Assembly (NCBI GenBank): GCA_023261845.1
Contig: JALNJZ010000002.1
Location: forward strand, 181,078 to 245,077
Length of the DNA: 64,000 nucleotides
Source of the DNA: Candidatus Terraquivivens tengchongensis
GTDB lineage: Archaea > Thermoproteota > Nitrososphaeria_A > Caldarchaeales > Wolframiiraptoraceae
Reading direction: 5' to 3'
A model generated the notes under the pieces. That model saw only the letters and a list, made by a program, of their open reading frames with translations. It did no database searches and was not told where the DNA came from. How positions within the stretch are numbered: the first letter of the stretch is position 1; each line of letters begins with the position of its first letter. Of the stretch, positions 50,400-60,629 are shown piece after piece. A program made the translations under genes and the position numbers.

Positions 50400-51010
50400 C
50401 GCTTGGCCAGCTTTATGAACGGGTTACTTCTCCTTTCAGCACCTATTGTAGTCGGTCTTCCGTGCCCAGGGTAAACCACATAATCGTCTGGTAGCGACAT
50501 CAACTTTTTGGATAGCGAGTCTGCCAACTGCTCAGCGTTACCACCAGGATAATCCGTCCTACCAACGGTACCGGCAAATAGTGTATCACCAGTAAATACG
50601 AAACCATCGCCTACGATTGACACGCTTCCTGGAGTATGTCCAGGTGTATGCAGAACCTTAAGCGGTTGCTGACCAACCTCTATCATGTATCCATCGTATA
50701 GGTAGCCGTCTGGTTCTACGTATTTCCTTGCGCTTTTAGCAGCCATTTCCAACAACCATACATCGTCCTTATGTATCAAGAATTTACAACCAAGGACACT
50801 CCTAACGTAATCGGCCGCTAGTGTGTGGTCAAAGTGTGCATGCGTGCAGCACAAGTAGCCGACCTTGACACCAGCTCTATCCACTAGCGCCACTATCTTA
50901 TCACCATCACCGCCAGCATCGATTATGATTCCTTCATGCATCTCGGGATCGTATACAAGGTACGAATTACTTGACAGTGGTCCGACAACAACCTTCTCGA
51001 TACGTAGCAA
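50396..51010 (-). CDS. MBL-fold hydrolase (glyoxalase II-like)
   Basis: THAHFDH, HTPGHTPGS, FTGDTLF, GRTD, YPGHG..TT. Confidence 0.9.
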   Translation of the reverse strand: MLRIEKVVVGPLSSNSYLVYDPEMHEGIIIDAGGDGDKIVALVDRAGVKVGYLCCTHAHFDHTLAADYVRSVLGCKFLIHKDDVWLLEMAAKSARKYVEPDGYLYDGYMIEVGQQPLKVLHTPGHTPGSVSIVGDGFVFTGDTLFAGTVGRTDYPGGNAEQLADSLSKKLMSLPDDYVVYPGHGRPTTIGAERRSNPFIKLAKR

Positions 51011-51030
51011 TGGCTACCACGCTCCACATG

Positions 51031-51987
51031 CTAGCCGTAAACAACCTCTTCCATTTCCCTGTATTTTTTTAGCCTGACCTCTATAAGTTCAACGATCTGA
51101 CTCGGCTTTAGCACACCCTCCTCCGTTATGTAGGCCGTCACGAGCTCCGCGGGCACAACCTCGAAATATGGATTCCTTATCTTTATCTTTCGGGTAGGTA
51201 ACGATTCTGGCGGCAACACTTCTTCAGTAACGTGTTCCTCCTCCGGATACTCCAAGGTAGGAAAGGCTTTCCATGTTGTGGAGACAACATAAAACGGCTT
51301 TCCTAGAAACTTGGATGTGCATGCTAGCTGAAGTGTACCGACCTTGTTGGCGAAAGAGCCATTCATGAGAATCGAATCCGCTCCTACGAGCGCCGCGTCC
51401 GCCTCTTTCAACATGCGACCGATTGCCGCGTCCGTTGTTAACACAACATCGATTCCTGATTCTACCAAAGCGGCGGCCATCTTTCTACCTTCTAAGAGGG
51501 GCCTAGATTCCGCTACGTAAACCTTGATGTTCTTTCCAACTTCCTTAAGTATCGCCAACACTGATGAGCTATAACTTAACGTTACGACGCTGCTAAGCCC
51601 GGAAAGCAGTTCACGTCCGAACCTCCTAAGCCTTTCGACCGCAACCCTATGCTCCTCGAGCACTGATGCGGCTATCTGTTTCAGCAGCTCTTTTAAGACA
51701 TGAGGGTTATCCACATAACGTGAAGCCTCCATAAACTTGACCGCTACTTCAAACGCTACATTCTTCAAAGAGAACATCGATGGTCTGGAATCTGCTATTT
51801 GTCGCGCTAACTTGACAATCGAGCGTCTGAGCCCTTCCGCAGAGTCTGTAAGTGCCGAATCTGCTAAAGCGATAAAAGCATCCATGGCCCTGAGCGCAAG
51901 CTCTGCCGACCCCCTTTCCACATCGTTCTTTATCTCCTTGAGTATGCTCTCAACTTCTCGCTCCAAATATCGCCTGCCCCAATCCAA
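51031..51987 (-). CDS. eIF-2B alpha/beta/delta family protein
   Basis: RGS..LA, RPSM, ESRPLLEG, VGADSI..NG...NKVGT, NPYFE..P. Confidence 0.85.
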   Translation of the reverse strand: MDWGRRYLEREVESILKEIKNDVERGSAELALRAMDAFIALADSALTDSAEGLRRSIVKLARQIADSRPSMFSLKNVAFEVAVKFMEASRYVDNPHVLKELLKQIAASVLEEHRVAVERLRRFGRELLSGLSSVVTLSYSSSVLAILKEVGKNIKVYVAESRPLLEGRKMAAALVESGIDVVLTTDAAIGRMLKEADAALVGADSILMNGSFANKVGTLQLACTSKFLGKPFYVVSTTWKAFPTLEYPEEEHVTEEVLPPESLPTRKIKIRNPYFEVVPAELVTAYITEEGVLKPSQIVELIEVRLKKYREMEEVVYG

Positions 51988-52042
51988 TTGATTGTCGCAA
52001 CCTTAGATTAAAGGCTAGCGCTTTATGTTTGCGCTGAGTTGG

Positions 52043-54580
52043 CTACATGAAGCTCTCCAAACTACTTACGCCCACCATTTTATCGAAGTCTATTCCTAGC
52101 GCATCCAGTACCTGCTCGAACGTTGACCTCATGTAATCGATGTACTTATCGACATCAATGTGCTCTGGCTTTGCAAGCTGGAGCGGTCTGACACCATCTT
52201 TATCCTTAGTCTTGACGAAGCTTATTATATCTCCGGCAGATAATTGTATGCCAACGGCCTCCAACTTCTTCGCAGCCTTAACATGCTGGGGTGTCGTTTT
52301 TGTGTACCTCTCAGGCATCTTAGAAAGCATGACTCTAAACGCTAAGTCCTCCAACTCAAATTGTCCGTTCTTCAGCCTGTAGTACCAGGTCCTCAAGAGG
52401 TTTTGCAAATTCTGCTTCGCTTGCTCAAAGTCCTCTTCACTCTGCACTTTCTTGAACTCCTCCAGCATGTTGTCAAAGGCCTCCTTTATGAACGTTGGTA
52501 TATGCCGCTTCTTCCCAGTCAGACCTTTAACATCTACGACATCCTTCGTCGTCACACCAAGGTAGTTCTTCTTCCTTGTGGAGAAGACTACGTACCTGTA
52601 GACTTTGTCAACCTCAAGGTCCAGCCTTAGCGTGCTCTTCGCCCACGATATGAGCTCATCTATAAGCTTCGGATCGTTTGTCTTCAAAAATAGAGAGTCT
52701 GTATCGCCGTAGACTACCTGTATTCCCAACTCTTTAGCCTTCTTTAAGGTCATCTTGAACGCATACCTTCCTATAGCCGCAGTGCTCTCAGCCACTGGCG
52801 GACAGTAGAGCTGGAAGTTGGAGAAGCCAAATACGCCGTAGCTAGCGTTAAGCAAAACCTTCAGAGCACGCTGGACAACTTCGTACCAACTCCTCACCTC
52901 GGGCTGGAGCGTCTTGTCGCCGCTCTTGGGCTTATACCATCCGATCCTTATGTCCCTCAATGCACCGATTACAAGACTCTGCAGGCCACGTCTCTTCTTG
53001 CAGACCCAGTGACCGGTTTCTGGGATAATGTTGTCCTTGCACTCTTCATGGACGCACCTCACCGTTTCATAGCTTAGGTTCCACTCCTTGAGGGCAGAGG
53101 GATATAGGCTTGCGAAGTCCAAGACTGTGACGCCAAAATGTACGCCAGCCATCGGTTCTGCAACTAAAGCACCTCTATACTTCTTGCCCTCGATTACTGC
53201 CTTAGTTGTAGTAGCTCCCTTTTCTTGGAGTAGCTCATCCTGCCTCGGTATCAAGTAGCCCCTCCTTCTATGCTCGAAGTAGAGCAAGCTCTTTATCCAG
53301 CCCGAGACACCATGCCTACAAACATCCTCAATGGGCATTCTGCCTATCCTTGCCAATATTATGAGTAGTTTGATCAGAAGCGAATTGTTGAAGGTCAGTA
53401 GCTCGTGGACCAGCATAGCGTCCCAGAAGCTGTACCTAGCCAGCTCCTCCAGGCTTAACTCACCCATCGGCTTACTTATCTCCACCTTCCCCTTTCCTAC
53501 TAACGCTGTTGAGATTGCTTCCAGTGTGTTCTCCCGATATTTATTGTCAAATGCGTATACCTGTATGGACTTATTCAGGAATAGCCTGTACAGGTCCACA
53601 TGTATTCCCTTGCGTAATGTTGCGCCCTCTCTACCAATGATTATCGGATTCTTCTCTTTAGGTACGCCGAGCTTATCGCCCCTGTTCTTCAAATATGGTA
53701 GATCGAAATCGTCGCCGTTAAACGTGGCAACGAGAGGGTATGAGTTTATTATGTTGAATGCCTCCTCCAACATCGTCTTTTCGTCATCAAAAAGTTTCAA
53801 CTCAAACCCTTCGCTGATAGGATTGGCCACAACATTTCCCCTCCTTAGCAGAAATACGGCCTTGAAACCATCAGAACCGACGAAGGATATTGCTACGACT
53901 GGGTCTTCAGCCTTCGTCGGTGAGGGAACCCTGGTGGTTACGGGTGCTAGAACTTCTATATCAATAGACACGTGCTTTATCTTCGGATACTGTGCCTCCA
54001 AAATCGAGAGCCATCTTCGAACCTCTTCAGCATCCTCGCCCTTTACTTCGGCAAGATGTTTGGCCATAACCATTATCTGATTGACGTTTTCGTTGCTGGC
54101 TGTCATCATGATGAGCTCTCCGTTAACGACCTTGTATGGCATACCTGGTATCAAGCCCTTATCGTACAGATAGCAGAGGTGGTAAGGTATGTCAGCCTCC
54201 CAAGCTGTGATAAACTCCCTTATAGAATTGGACTTTCCTCCGATTGCTAGTGGGTCGTTAGCGATAATCTTCACCAGCGTTACTTCCTTATCATGAAGAA
54301 GGTCGTACTTCTTTTCTTCCACAAAACCTATAGCCCCTCTAGCCTTTAGCTCTTGGTTGTTAGAGAGTTCCTCTAAACTCAGATTCGAATAACAATACGG
54401 TTTATGCCCGCTCTCGTCATAAATAATGACAACTTCGTTCTTTTCAGGGTCGAGCATCTTAAGATAAGCCTTACCCGACTGGCCGTCATAGGCTGATGAC
54501 AGTAGGTATAACGTCTTTTCTCCACAGTTTACCCAGTATTCCAAGGACGTCTGTTGCGTTATGTGAGAATCTTGAACCAC
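52043..54580 (-). CDS. polB1: Family B DNA polymerase (PolB1 type)
   Basis: ExoI DIEV, ExoII FNGDDFDLPYL, ExoIII Y...D, PolA DFASLYPS, PolB K...NASYG, PolC YGDTDS. Confidence 0.93.
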   Translation of the reverse strand: MVQDSHITQQTSLEYWVNCGEKTLYLLSSAYDGQSGKAYLKMLDPEKNEVVIIYDESGHKPYCYSNLSLEELSNNQELKARGAIGFVEEKKYDLLHDKEVTLVKIIANDPLAIGGKSNSIREFITAWEADIPYHLCYLYDKGLIPGMPYKVVNGELIMMTASNENVNQIMVMAKHLAEVKGEDAEEVRRWLSILEAQYPKIKHVSIDIEVLAPVTTRVPSPTKAEDPVVAISFVGSDGFKAVFLLRRGNVVANPISEGFELKLFDDEKTMLEEAFNIINSYPLVATFNGDDFDLPYLKNRGDKLGVPKEKNPIIIGREGATLRKGIHVDLYRLFLNKSIQVYAFDNKYRENTLEAISTALVGKGKVEISKPMGELSLEELARYSFWDAMLVHELLTFNNSLLIKLLIILARIGRMPIEDVCRHGVSGWIKSLLYFEHRRRGYLIPRQDELLQEKGATTTKAVIEGKKYRGALVAEPMAGVHFGVTVLDFASLYPSALKEWNLSYETVRCVHEECKDNIIPETGHWVCKKRRGLQSLVIGALRDIRIGWYKPKSGDKTLQPEVRSWYEVVQRALKVLLNASYGVFGFSNFQLYCPPVAESTAAIGRYAFKMTLKKAKELGIQVVYGDTDSLFLKTNDPKLIDELISWAKSTLRLDLEVDKVYRYVVFSTRKKNYLGVTTKDVVDVKGLTGKKRHIPTFIKEAFDNMLEEFKKVQSEEDFEQAKQNLQNLLRTWYYRLKNGQFELEDLAFRVMLSKMPERYTKTTPQHVKAAKKLEAVGIQLSAGDIISFVKTKDKDGVRPLQLAKPEHIDVDKYIDYMRSTFEQVLDALGIDFDKMVGVSSLESFM

Positions 54581-54645
54581 AGTATAGATAATCTACAACG
54601 CAGGCTTAATAATGTTTGTCCGGCAAAAAATACCGGGATGTTACC

Positions 54646-56385
54646 TTAGAATTTAGGTTTTTCTATGGGCTTACCCTTCCACCAGCTTACCAGTATGTAC
54701 AAGAGACCTAACAAGGATGCGATGAAGATCACGAGCGTTATTGTTTGGACGACCAATGCGACATCTATCAACGACCCACCTATGGCCAACTTATCGCTTA
54801 TCCTTATCCTAAGTTCCTCAGGCCCTGTCAACGGAATGTTGCGTTTCTGCAAGAGGTTTCCGTCCGTAAACACTGAGACGGTAAGTTCGCCTGGATGTGG
54901 TAGGGTCAGCCTTATACCTTCCCTGTCAATAGTACCCTCAAACACGCTCTTTCCGTTAAAACTAGCCTGAAGCTTCAGGCCACCTATTCGTGTACCGATC
55001 GAATCTACTACGTAAACAGTCACGGGATAGTTGACGGAGTTCAGCCTTATATTAATAACCCCCTCGCCCAGATTCATAACGCTAGAATGCACAGGTTTTC
55101 CCATGTAGTTGAATGTAAGCTCGTACGGACCCGGTAAAATTTTCAGCTCCGCACGCCCATCTTTTTCTGTAGTAGCCTCGTACTCGACATCCAAGATGAC
55201 ATCTTTGGCCTTAAGCACTACGCCGGCAAGCGGTGTACCTTCATAGTCTGTCACAGTTAATACTGCCTTAGAAGGTTTCACCACGAACGTCTCTTCGACG
55301 AGTGCAGATGTTATTCTCGTAATAAACTTACCTATGTACGAGTTGCCCTTGAACACCATTAGAGTATAATCGCCTACGTTGCTAGGCGGTGTAGAGAATG
55401 GCGCGTTAGTGAGCGTGATGGTACCATTGGCATTGGTTCTCAAAATGGTAAAGTTAGCAATGAGCTCATGACTTATCATAACGTTCAAACCCTCAACTGG
55501 CTTTCCATCATCATCCACGACCCTGAGCTTTAACGTGCCTAGGCTCGCGACCACATCCAGAGCCATGTCGTTTGTCACGCTCCTGTTTTCTTTGTAAATA
55601 GTTATTGGTGTCGCCATGACGGTCCTCGTTACCTCTATCATGTAATAACGCGTAGGCACTAGGTCTGAAGATGGAATGTTTTGGAACGCTACGGATCCCT
55701 CGGTTCCCGTGAGGCTTTTGCTAAAGTTTCCGGACCTTATCCTTACTTGTACCTGCGGGACCTTTTTACCCTCTAGGTTCGTCACCGTGATATTCAAGTT
55801 CACGAGCTTAGCGGACAGCTCTACCGTCGTTTTCTCCGGTATGGAGAACTGCGAGCTAGCGACAGGTATGCTGTCTACGAAAGCCTCTGCTGTATAGTTT
55901 CCTATACCCTCAACCGAAGAAAACGGAACATCCGCGAACGATACTCTACCAAATTCGTCGGTGGTTCCACTTAGGTTAATGCGTCCACCAGAATCCTTTA
56001 CACGCACCATTATGCCTTGAACAGGTTTTTCCTTCACATCTCGAACGATTACGTCAAGGGATGATACTTCGAGAGTAAGCTCTACATACGATTCTTTCGG
56101 AAACTCTACGACCTTTCTCGCCACGACGATATCTTTGATTAACGCCTCAACGGTATAAGTGCCGCTTGTCAAACCCTTAAACACAGCGTGGCCGGTGCTG
56201 TTCGTTACGAATATGCGACTGAACCCTTCTTTGATAACTCTAACCTCGACGTTGCCCCTCGGCCTACCATCAGCATCAACCACACGCACGTATAGGTCTT
56301 GTTGTGCATGTATAGCTGGGATTAAGTAGGCAACTAGCAGTGTTAGGACAATGAACAGGGTCAAACTTTTTAAAGCCCTACCCAT
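54646..56385 (-). CDS. Membrane-anchored surface protein with tandem Ig-like (carboxypeptidase-regulatory-like) domains
   Basis: N-terminal signal peptide; repeated V.VVD..G.P..G..V and T...G...F..P units; C-terminal TM helix plus basic tail. Confidence 0.8.
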   Translation of the reverse strand: MGRALKSLTLFIVLTLLVAYLIPAIHAQQDLYVRVVDADGRPRGNVEVRVIKEGFSRIFVTNSTGHAVFKGLTSGTYTVEALIKDIVVARKVVEFPKESYVELTLEVSSLDVIVRDVKEKPVQGIMVRVKDSGGRINLSGTTDEFGRVSFADVPFSSVEGIGNYTAEAFVDSIPVASSQFSIPEKTTVELSAKLVNLNITVTNLEGKKVPQVQVRIRSGNFSKSLTGTEGSVAFQNIPSSDLVPTRYYMIEVTRTVMATPITIYKENRSVTNDMALDVVASLGTLKLRVVDDDGKPVEGLNVMISHELIANFTILRTNANGTITLTNAPFSTPPSNVGDYTLMVFKGNSYIGKFITRITSALVEETFVVKPSKAVLTVTDYEGTPLAGVVLKAKDVILDVEYEATTEKDGRAELKILPGPYELTFNYMGKPVHSSVMNLGEGVINIRLNSVNYPVTVYVVDSIGTRIGGLKLQASFNGKSVFEGTIDREGIRLTLPHPGELTVSVFTDGNLLQKRNIPLTGPEELRIRISDKLAIGGSLIDVALVVQTITLVIFIASLLGLLYILVSWWKGKPIEKPKF

Positions 56386-56433
56386 TGCGGAATCAACCTT
56401 GGTGCCTTTAGAAATACAGCGGTTAATAATATT

Positions 56434-56862
56434 TTACAGACACCCGCCTTTGGACATGAGGAAGTCGTGAGCCTTAATCAACGTCTCTTTTGCCGTCTTG
56501 TACGTGAGCCTCTTTAGGGCGTTCTCGTAGTCTAACCATATGTAATCCTTATGTTCACTGGATAGTGTGACGTTCTTTTCATGAGACCTGACCAAATAGA
56601 ATACGACCTTTTTGTTGACGACGTCTCCCATCTTCTTGTAGAAGTACCTTATCTCGTGTTTGAACCCTGACACAAACGTAATGTTCTTTATGCCCGTTTC
56701 CTCAAAAATTTCTCTCTTCACGGTATCGATTTCCTCCTCCCCTTCCTCTATGTTTCCCTTAGGAAAATCCCAGTGTCCGGCACTGTAAAGCAAGAGCAAG
56801 TACTCTATGTATTTGTCCTCGCAATAAAATACGACGGCACCTGCTGACCTCTCATGAAGCAT
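56434..56862 (-). CDS. NUDIX hydrolase (Ap4A hydrolase-like)
   Basis: SAGAVV, HWDFPKG.IE.GE....T..RE..EETG, LS.EH. Confidence 0.9.
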   Translation of the reverse strand: MLHERSAGAVVFYCEDKYIEYLLLLYSAGHWDFPKGNIEEGEEEIDTVKREIFEETGIKNITFVSGFKHEIRYFYKKMGDVVNKKVVFYLVRSHEKNVTLSSEHKDYIWLDYENALKRLTYKTAKETLIKAHDFLMSKGGCL

Positions 56863-57005
56863 GCGTACATGCCCCCGAATGATGACCTCAGCGGACTTCG
56901 GCAAAGTTGTCCTCAAAAACACATATTAAGTTTAACTGTGACATGGATGGCATAAGTTTCTCGTGAAACAAATGTTAATAGCCTTGAATTCCTGAATTAA
57001 TAATA

Positions 57006-57878
57006 ATGCTCATGGAAAGAAAGCCCAAATGGATAAGAGCAAAAATCCCATCGGGTCCTCTATACAATCGCGTGAGCCGTGTTTTGAGGAGTAAAGGCCT
57101 CCATACTGTATGCGAAGAGGCATTATGCCCAAACATCGCAGAGTGTTGGGAGCATGGAACGGCGACGATAATGTTGTTAGGCGATGTATGCACGCGCTCA
57201 TGTAGGTTTTGCGCAGTCAAAGCAGGAAACCCAATGGGGCATGTGAGCGCATCTGAGCCGGAGAAGGTAGCTATGGCCGTGAATGAGCTGAATTTGGACT
57301 ACATCGTCTTGACTTCTGTCTGCAGGGACGATTTATACGATGGAGGTGCTTGGATATTCGCCGAGACAGTCAAGGCGATTAAGATGTTGCGTCCAAATGC
57401 AAAGGTCGAAGTACTCATACCAGATTTTAAGGACGATAAAGATGCGATCGAGATTGTGGTGAAGTCGAAACCAGACGTCATCGGTCACAATTTAGAAACT
57501 GTTAAGAGGTTGACACCGGTCGTCAGGGATAGAAGGGCAAGTTATTACGTTTCCCTCAACGTCCTAAAGACGGTAAAAGAGCTGGATTACAAAATATACA
57601 CGAAGTCGTCTTTGATGCTCGGTCTTGGCGAGACCGAGCAGGAAATCGTTGAGGCCATGTCGGACCTGAGATCGGTTGGTGTTGACATCTTAACTCTAGG
57701 ACAATATCTTAGACCTACTAAGCTACACGCACCGGTCGTCGAGTACGTCCGCCCTGAAGCATTCGAAAGGTTAAGGAACATAGCCCTCTCTTTAGGTTTC
57801 AAGGCTGTGGCCTCTGCCCCACTCGTGAGGAGCTCGTACATGGCCTCAGAGTTATTCCAGAAAGCATCGGGGGGTTGA
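57006..57878 (+). CDS. lipA: Lipoyl synthase
   Basis: CEEALCPNIAEC (CX4CX5C), CTRSCRFC, RSSY. Confidence 0.96.
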   Translation: MLMERKPKWIRAKIPSGPLYNRVSRVLRSKGLHTVCEEALCPNIAECWEHGTATIMLLGDVCTRSCRFCAVKAGNPMGHVSASEPEKVAMAVNELNLDYIVLTSVCRDDLYDGGAWIFAETVKAIKMLRPNAKVEVLIPDFKDDKDAIEIVVKSKPDVIGHNLETVKRLTPVVRDRRASYYVSLNVLKTVKELDYKIYTKSSLMLGLGETEQEIVEAMSDLRSVGVDILTLGQYLRPTKLHAPVVEYVRPEAFERLRNIALSLGFKAVASAPLVRSSYMASELFQKASGG

Positions 57879-59278
57879 TTTTATTGGAGGCTGATGCAGT
57901 AGTCATAGGTGGAGGTCCTGCTGGTTACGTTGCGGCGATAAGATTAGGCCAGCTACGTAAGAAGACCGTTTTGATAGAAAGAGAAAACTTGGGCGGTGTG
58001 TGTCTCAACTACGGTTGCATCCCAGTAAAGGTTTTTGTAATCGCGGCCGACATGTTCTGGAGGACCAGAAAGCTCGACAGGTTAGGCATAAAGGCTCAAG
58101 GACTATCCATAGAACTCAAGCAGTTGCAAGATTGGAAAAGGAAAACTATCGCAAAGCTGAGGGACGGCATAGCCTATCTACTCAAGGGAAATGGTGTTCA
58201 AACAATCAAAGGCTTCGCAAAGCTTAGGTCAGCTAAGAAAGTAGAAATCAGGACGGAAGCTTCTTGGACCACCATCAAAGCCAAGAACGTGCTATGGGCC
58301 GTAGGTGCCGAGGATGCAGGTCTTCCAGATATGCCTTACGACGGTAGGCGTATAATAAGCTCAAAGGAACTGCTCGACATGGAAGCCTTGCCCAAGAGTA
58401 TGCTGGTGGTAGGTGGAGGAGCGGTAGGTCTTGAGCTTGGAACGAGTTTCGCGAAGATGGGCACGAAGGTTATCGTCGTCGAGATAATGGACCAATTGCT
58501 TCCAGGCATCAGCAAGGATGTTGTGGCCGTAGTTCATAGGAACCTGAAGAGGCTTGGCGTCGAGGTGCATACTAGCTCCCGTGTGTCCGCGTACAGGTAC
58601 GGCGATGAACATGTATCGGTAGACGTCATAAGGAACGGCGAGACGCTATCCTTTAACGTGGAGTATGTACTCGTCACGGTCGGCAAGAGGGCACCGTCCC
58701 AGAACTATGAGCTGAAGGAGCTCGGTGTGGAGCTCAATAGGAATGGTTTTGTGGTCGTAGACTCTAACATGAGAACCTCAGCAGACGGGATATTCGCGGC
58801 CGGTGATGCTACCGGGCCTCCATTCCTTGCGCATAGAGCCTCGAGACAAGGTTTGATAGCCGCAGAAACTATAGCTGGCCAGAAGACGAGCACCAGACTT
58901 CCACCAGTACCCCTCGCACTCTTTACGGACCCAGAGGTTGCGGTCGTAGGAATGTCTGAGGAGGAAGCGAAAGCATCGGGCATGGAAGTCGCTGTCGGTA
59001 AGTTCCCGTTAACGGCTTTAGGGAGGGCGAACGTATCTGACGAAACAGATGGTTTCATTAAAGTCGTTGCGGATAAGTTTAGCGGAAAGCTCTTGGGCAT
59101 TCAAATAGTTGGACGCGGAGCGACAGACCTCATAGGCGAGGCTGCCCTCGCGGTATCCATGGGCATGACTGTTGATGATTTAGACAACGTAATCCATCCC
59201 CATCCGACATTCTCGGAAGCAATAGGAGAGGCCGCGGGTGCCGTTAACAAGAAAGCTATACATATGCTGAATATTTAA
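57875..59278 (+). CDS. lpdA: Dihydrolipoamide dehydrogenase
   Basis: GGGPAG, GGVCLNYGCIP, GGGAVG.E, LAH.A, HPHPT.SE. Confidence 0.93.
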   Translation: MILLEADAVVIGGGPAGYVAAIRLGQLRKKTVLIERENLGGVCLNYGCIPVKVFVIAADMFWRTRKLDRLGIKAQGLSIELKQLQDWKRKTIAKLRDGIAYLLKGNGVQTIKGFAKLRSAKKVEIRTEASWTTIKAKNVLWAVGAEDAGLPDMPYDGRRIISSKELLDMEALPKSMLVVGGGAVGLELGTSFAKMGTKVIVVEIMDQLLPGISKDVVAVVHRNLKRLGVEVHTSSRVSAYRYGDEHVSVDVIRNGETLSFNVEYVLVTVGKRAPSQNYELKELGVELNRNGFVVVDSNMRTSADGIFAAGDATGPPFLAHRASRQGLIAAETIAGQKTSTRLPPVPLALFTDPEVAVVGMSEEEAKASGMEVAVGKFPLTALGRANVSDETDGFIKVVADKFSGKLLGIQIVGRGATDLIGEAALAVSMGMTVDDLDNVIHPHPTFSEAIGEAAGAVNKKAIHMLNI

Positions 59279-59300
59279 AGAATAACGCGTTCAATGCCCG

Positions 59301-59990
59301 TTGGGTGACATGTCGCCAATGAGGAAAGGCTTTTTCGTCGACCTCGGCTTCTGCGAGTATGAACCCGTCTGGAGGCTTCAGCTTAGGCTCGTAGATTTAA
59401 GGTCCTCTTCCGCGATTCCGGATACTCTGCTACTCGTGGAGCACGACCACGTGTTCACGCTTGGCAGAAGGGCCTCTATGAGCGATGTAATCGAGGCAAG
59501 AGCGCCCGTGTTTAAAGTCGAAAGAGGTGGCGGCGCCACATACCACGGCCCAGGCCAGCTCGTAGGTTATCCGATAATGGATCTGAGTGGTATGAGGCTA
59601 GACGTCAAGCAGTACATCCGTAAGCTGGAGAGCGTCTTGGTCAAGAGTTTACGTAGGTTTAAAGTAGAGACGGAAATCAAAGAAGGCTATCCGGGCGTAT
59701 GGATCGGCGAAAGGAAGGTGGCGTCAATAGGCATAGCCATCAAGAATTGGGTCACATTTCACGGTTTTGCGCTGAACGTGAACACGGACATGAGCTACTT
59801 TAGGTGCATAAGGCCGTGCGGAATGCAACCTGAGACGATGGCCTCGGTCAAGGAGCTTTTAGGAGCGCCTCTCAGGTTGGAACTCGTAAAGGAAGCCCTT
59901 ATAAAGGAATTCGAAGCGGAATTTGGCCTGAATTTAAGCCCGTTTCCGCCAGACAAATGGAAGACTATCGCAGAATCCGTTGGTTTATAA
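59301..59990 (+). CDS. lipB: Octanoyltransferase
   Basis: EH..VFTLG, RGG..TYHGPGQLV.YP, KVASIG, HGFALNV, I.PCG. Confidence 0.93.
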   Translation: MGDMSPMRKGFFVDLGFCEYEPVWRLQLRLVDLRSSSAIPDTLLLVEHDHVFTLGRRASMSDVIEARAPVFKVERGGGATYHGPGQLVGYPIMDLSGMRLDVKQYIRKLESVLVKSLRRFKVETEIKEGYPGVWIGERKVASIGIAIKNWVTFHGFALNVNTDMSYFRCIRPCGMQPETMASVKELLGAPLRLELVKEALIKEFEAEFGLNLSPFPPDKWKTIAESVGL

Positions 59991-60056
59991 AGGATGTAGC
60001 AATATTTATAAGCCGAGCTTTTAAATACTATTTAAATAGCCGTGGAGAGTTGTGTA

Positions 60057-60629
60057 ATGCCAAAGGGACCTGAGCCAACTATAAAGATAGAGAATGTTGT
60101 GGCTAGTGTGACGCTGTTCCAGAGGCTCGATCTATCCCAAATACAGAGGAGCTTCCCGGACGTGGAGTACAAGCCAGCACAGTTCCCAGGTCTCGTTTTC
60201 AGGCTTCAGAAGCCGAAGACGGCCACGTTGATCTTCAGCAGCGGCAAGATGGTCTGCACCGGAGCGGAAAGCGAAGAGGAGTCCATCAAGGCCGTCAAGA
60301 CGGTCGTTAAGCTTCTGAAAAAGGAGGGCTTTCTAATCAAGGAAGAGCCACAGATAGAGATACAGAATATAGTGGCGAGCGTCGACCTACACGGTAGGAT
60401 AGACTTGGAGAGGGCCGCCGCGGAGTTGGAGAACGTCATGTACGAGCCGGAGCAGTTCCCAGGTCTAATCTACAGGATGGAGCAACCAAAAGTCGTCATA
60501 TTGATGTTCGCCAGCGGTAAGCTCGTCTGTACTGGTGCTAAGTATGAGCGAGAAGTCTACGAGGCGGTACAAAGGTTAAGGGAAATACTCGAAGAGAAAA
60601 AATTGCTGATGTACAACACAACGTCATGA
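60057..60629 (+). CDS. tbp: TATA-box-binding protein
   Basis: Two repeats NVVAS/NIVAS, Y.P.QFPGL..R, F.SGK.VCTGA. Confidence 0.97.
   Translation: MPKGPEPTIKIENVVASVTLFQRLDLSQIQRSFPDVEYKPAQFPGLVFRLQKPKTATLIFSSGKMVCTGAESEEESIKAVKTVVKLLKKEGFLIKEEPQIEIQNIVASVDLHGRIDLERAAAELENVMYEPEQFPGLIYRMEQPKVVILMFASGKLVCTGAKYEREVYEAVQRLREILEEKKLLMYNTTS

Noticed and set aside
52043-54580. Possible intein or inactivation in PolB
   Set aside because: Length is normal and all exonuclease and polymerase motifs are contiguous and intact.
54646-56385. Repeats in the surface protein as a possible diversity-generating or repeat-expansion locus
   Set aside because: The repeats are visible only as diverged protein domains; I saw no nucleotide-level repeats, reverse transcriptase or recombinase nearby.
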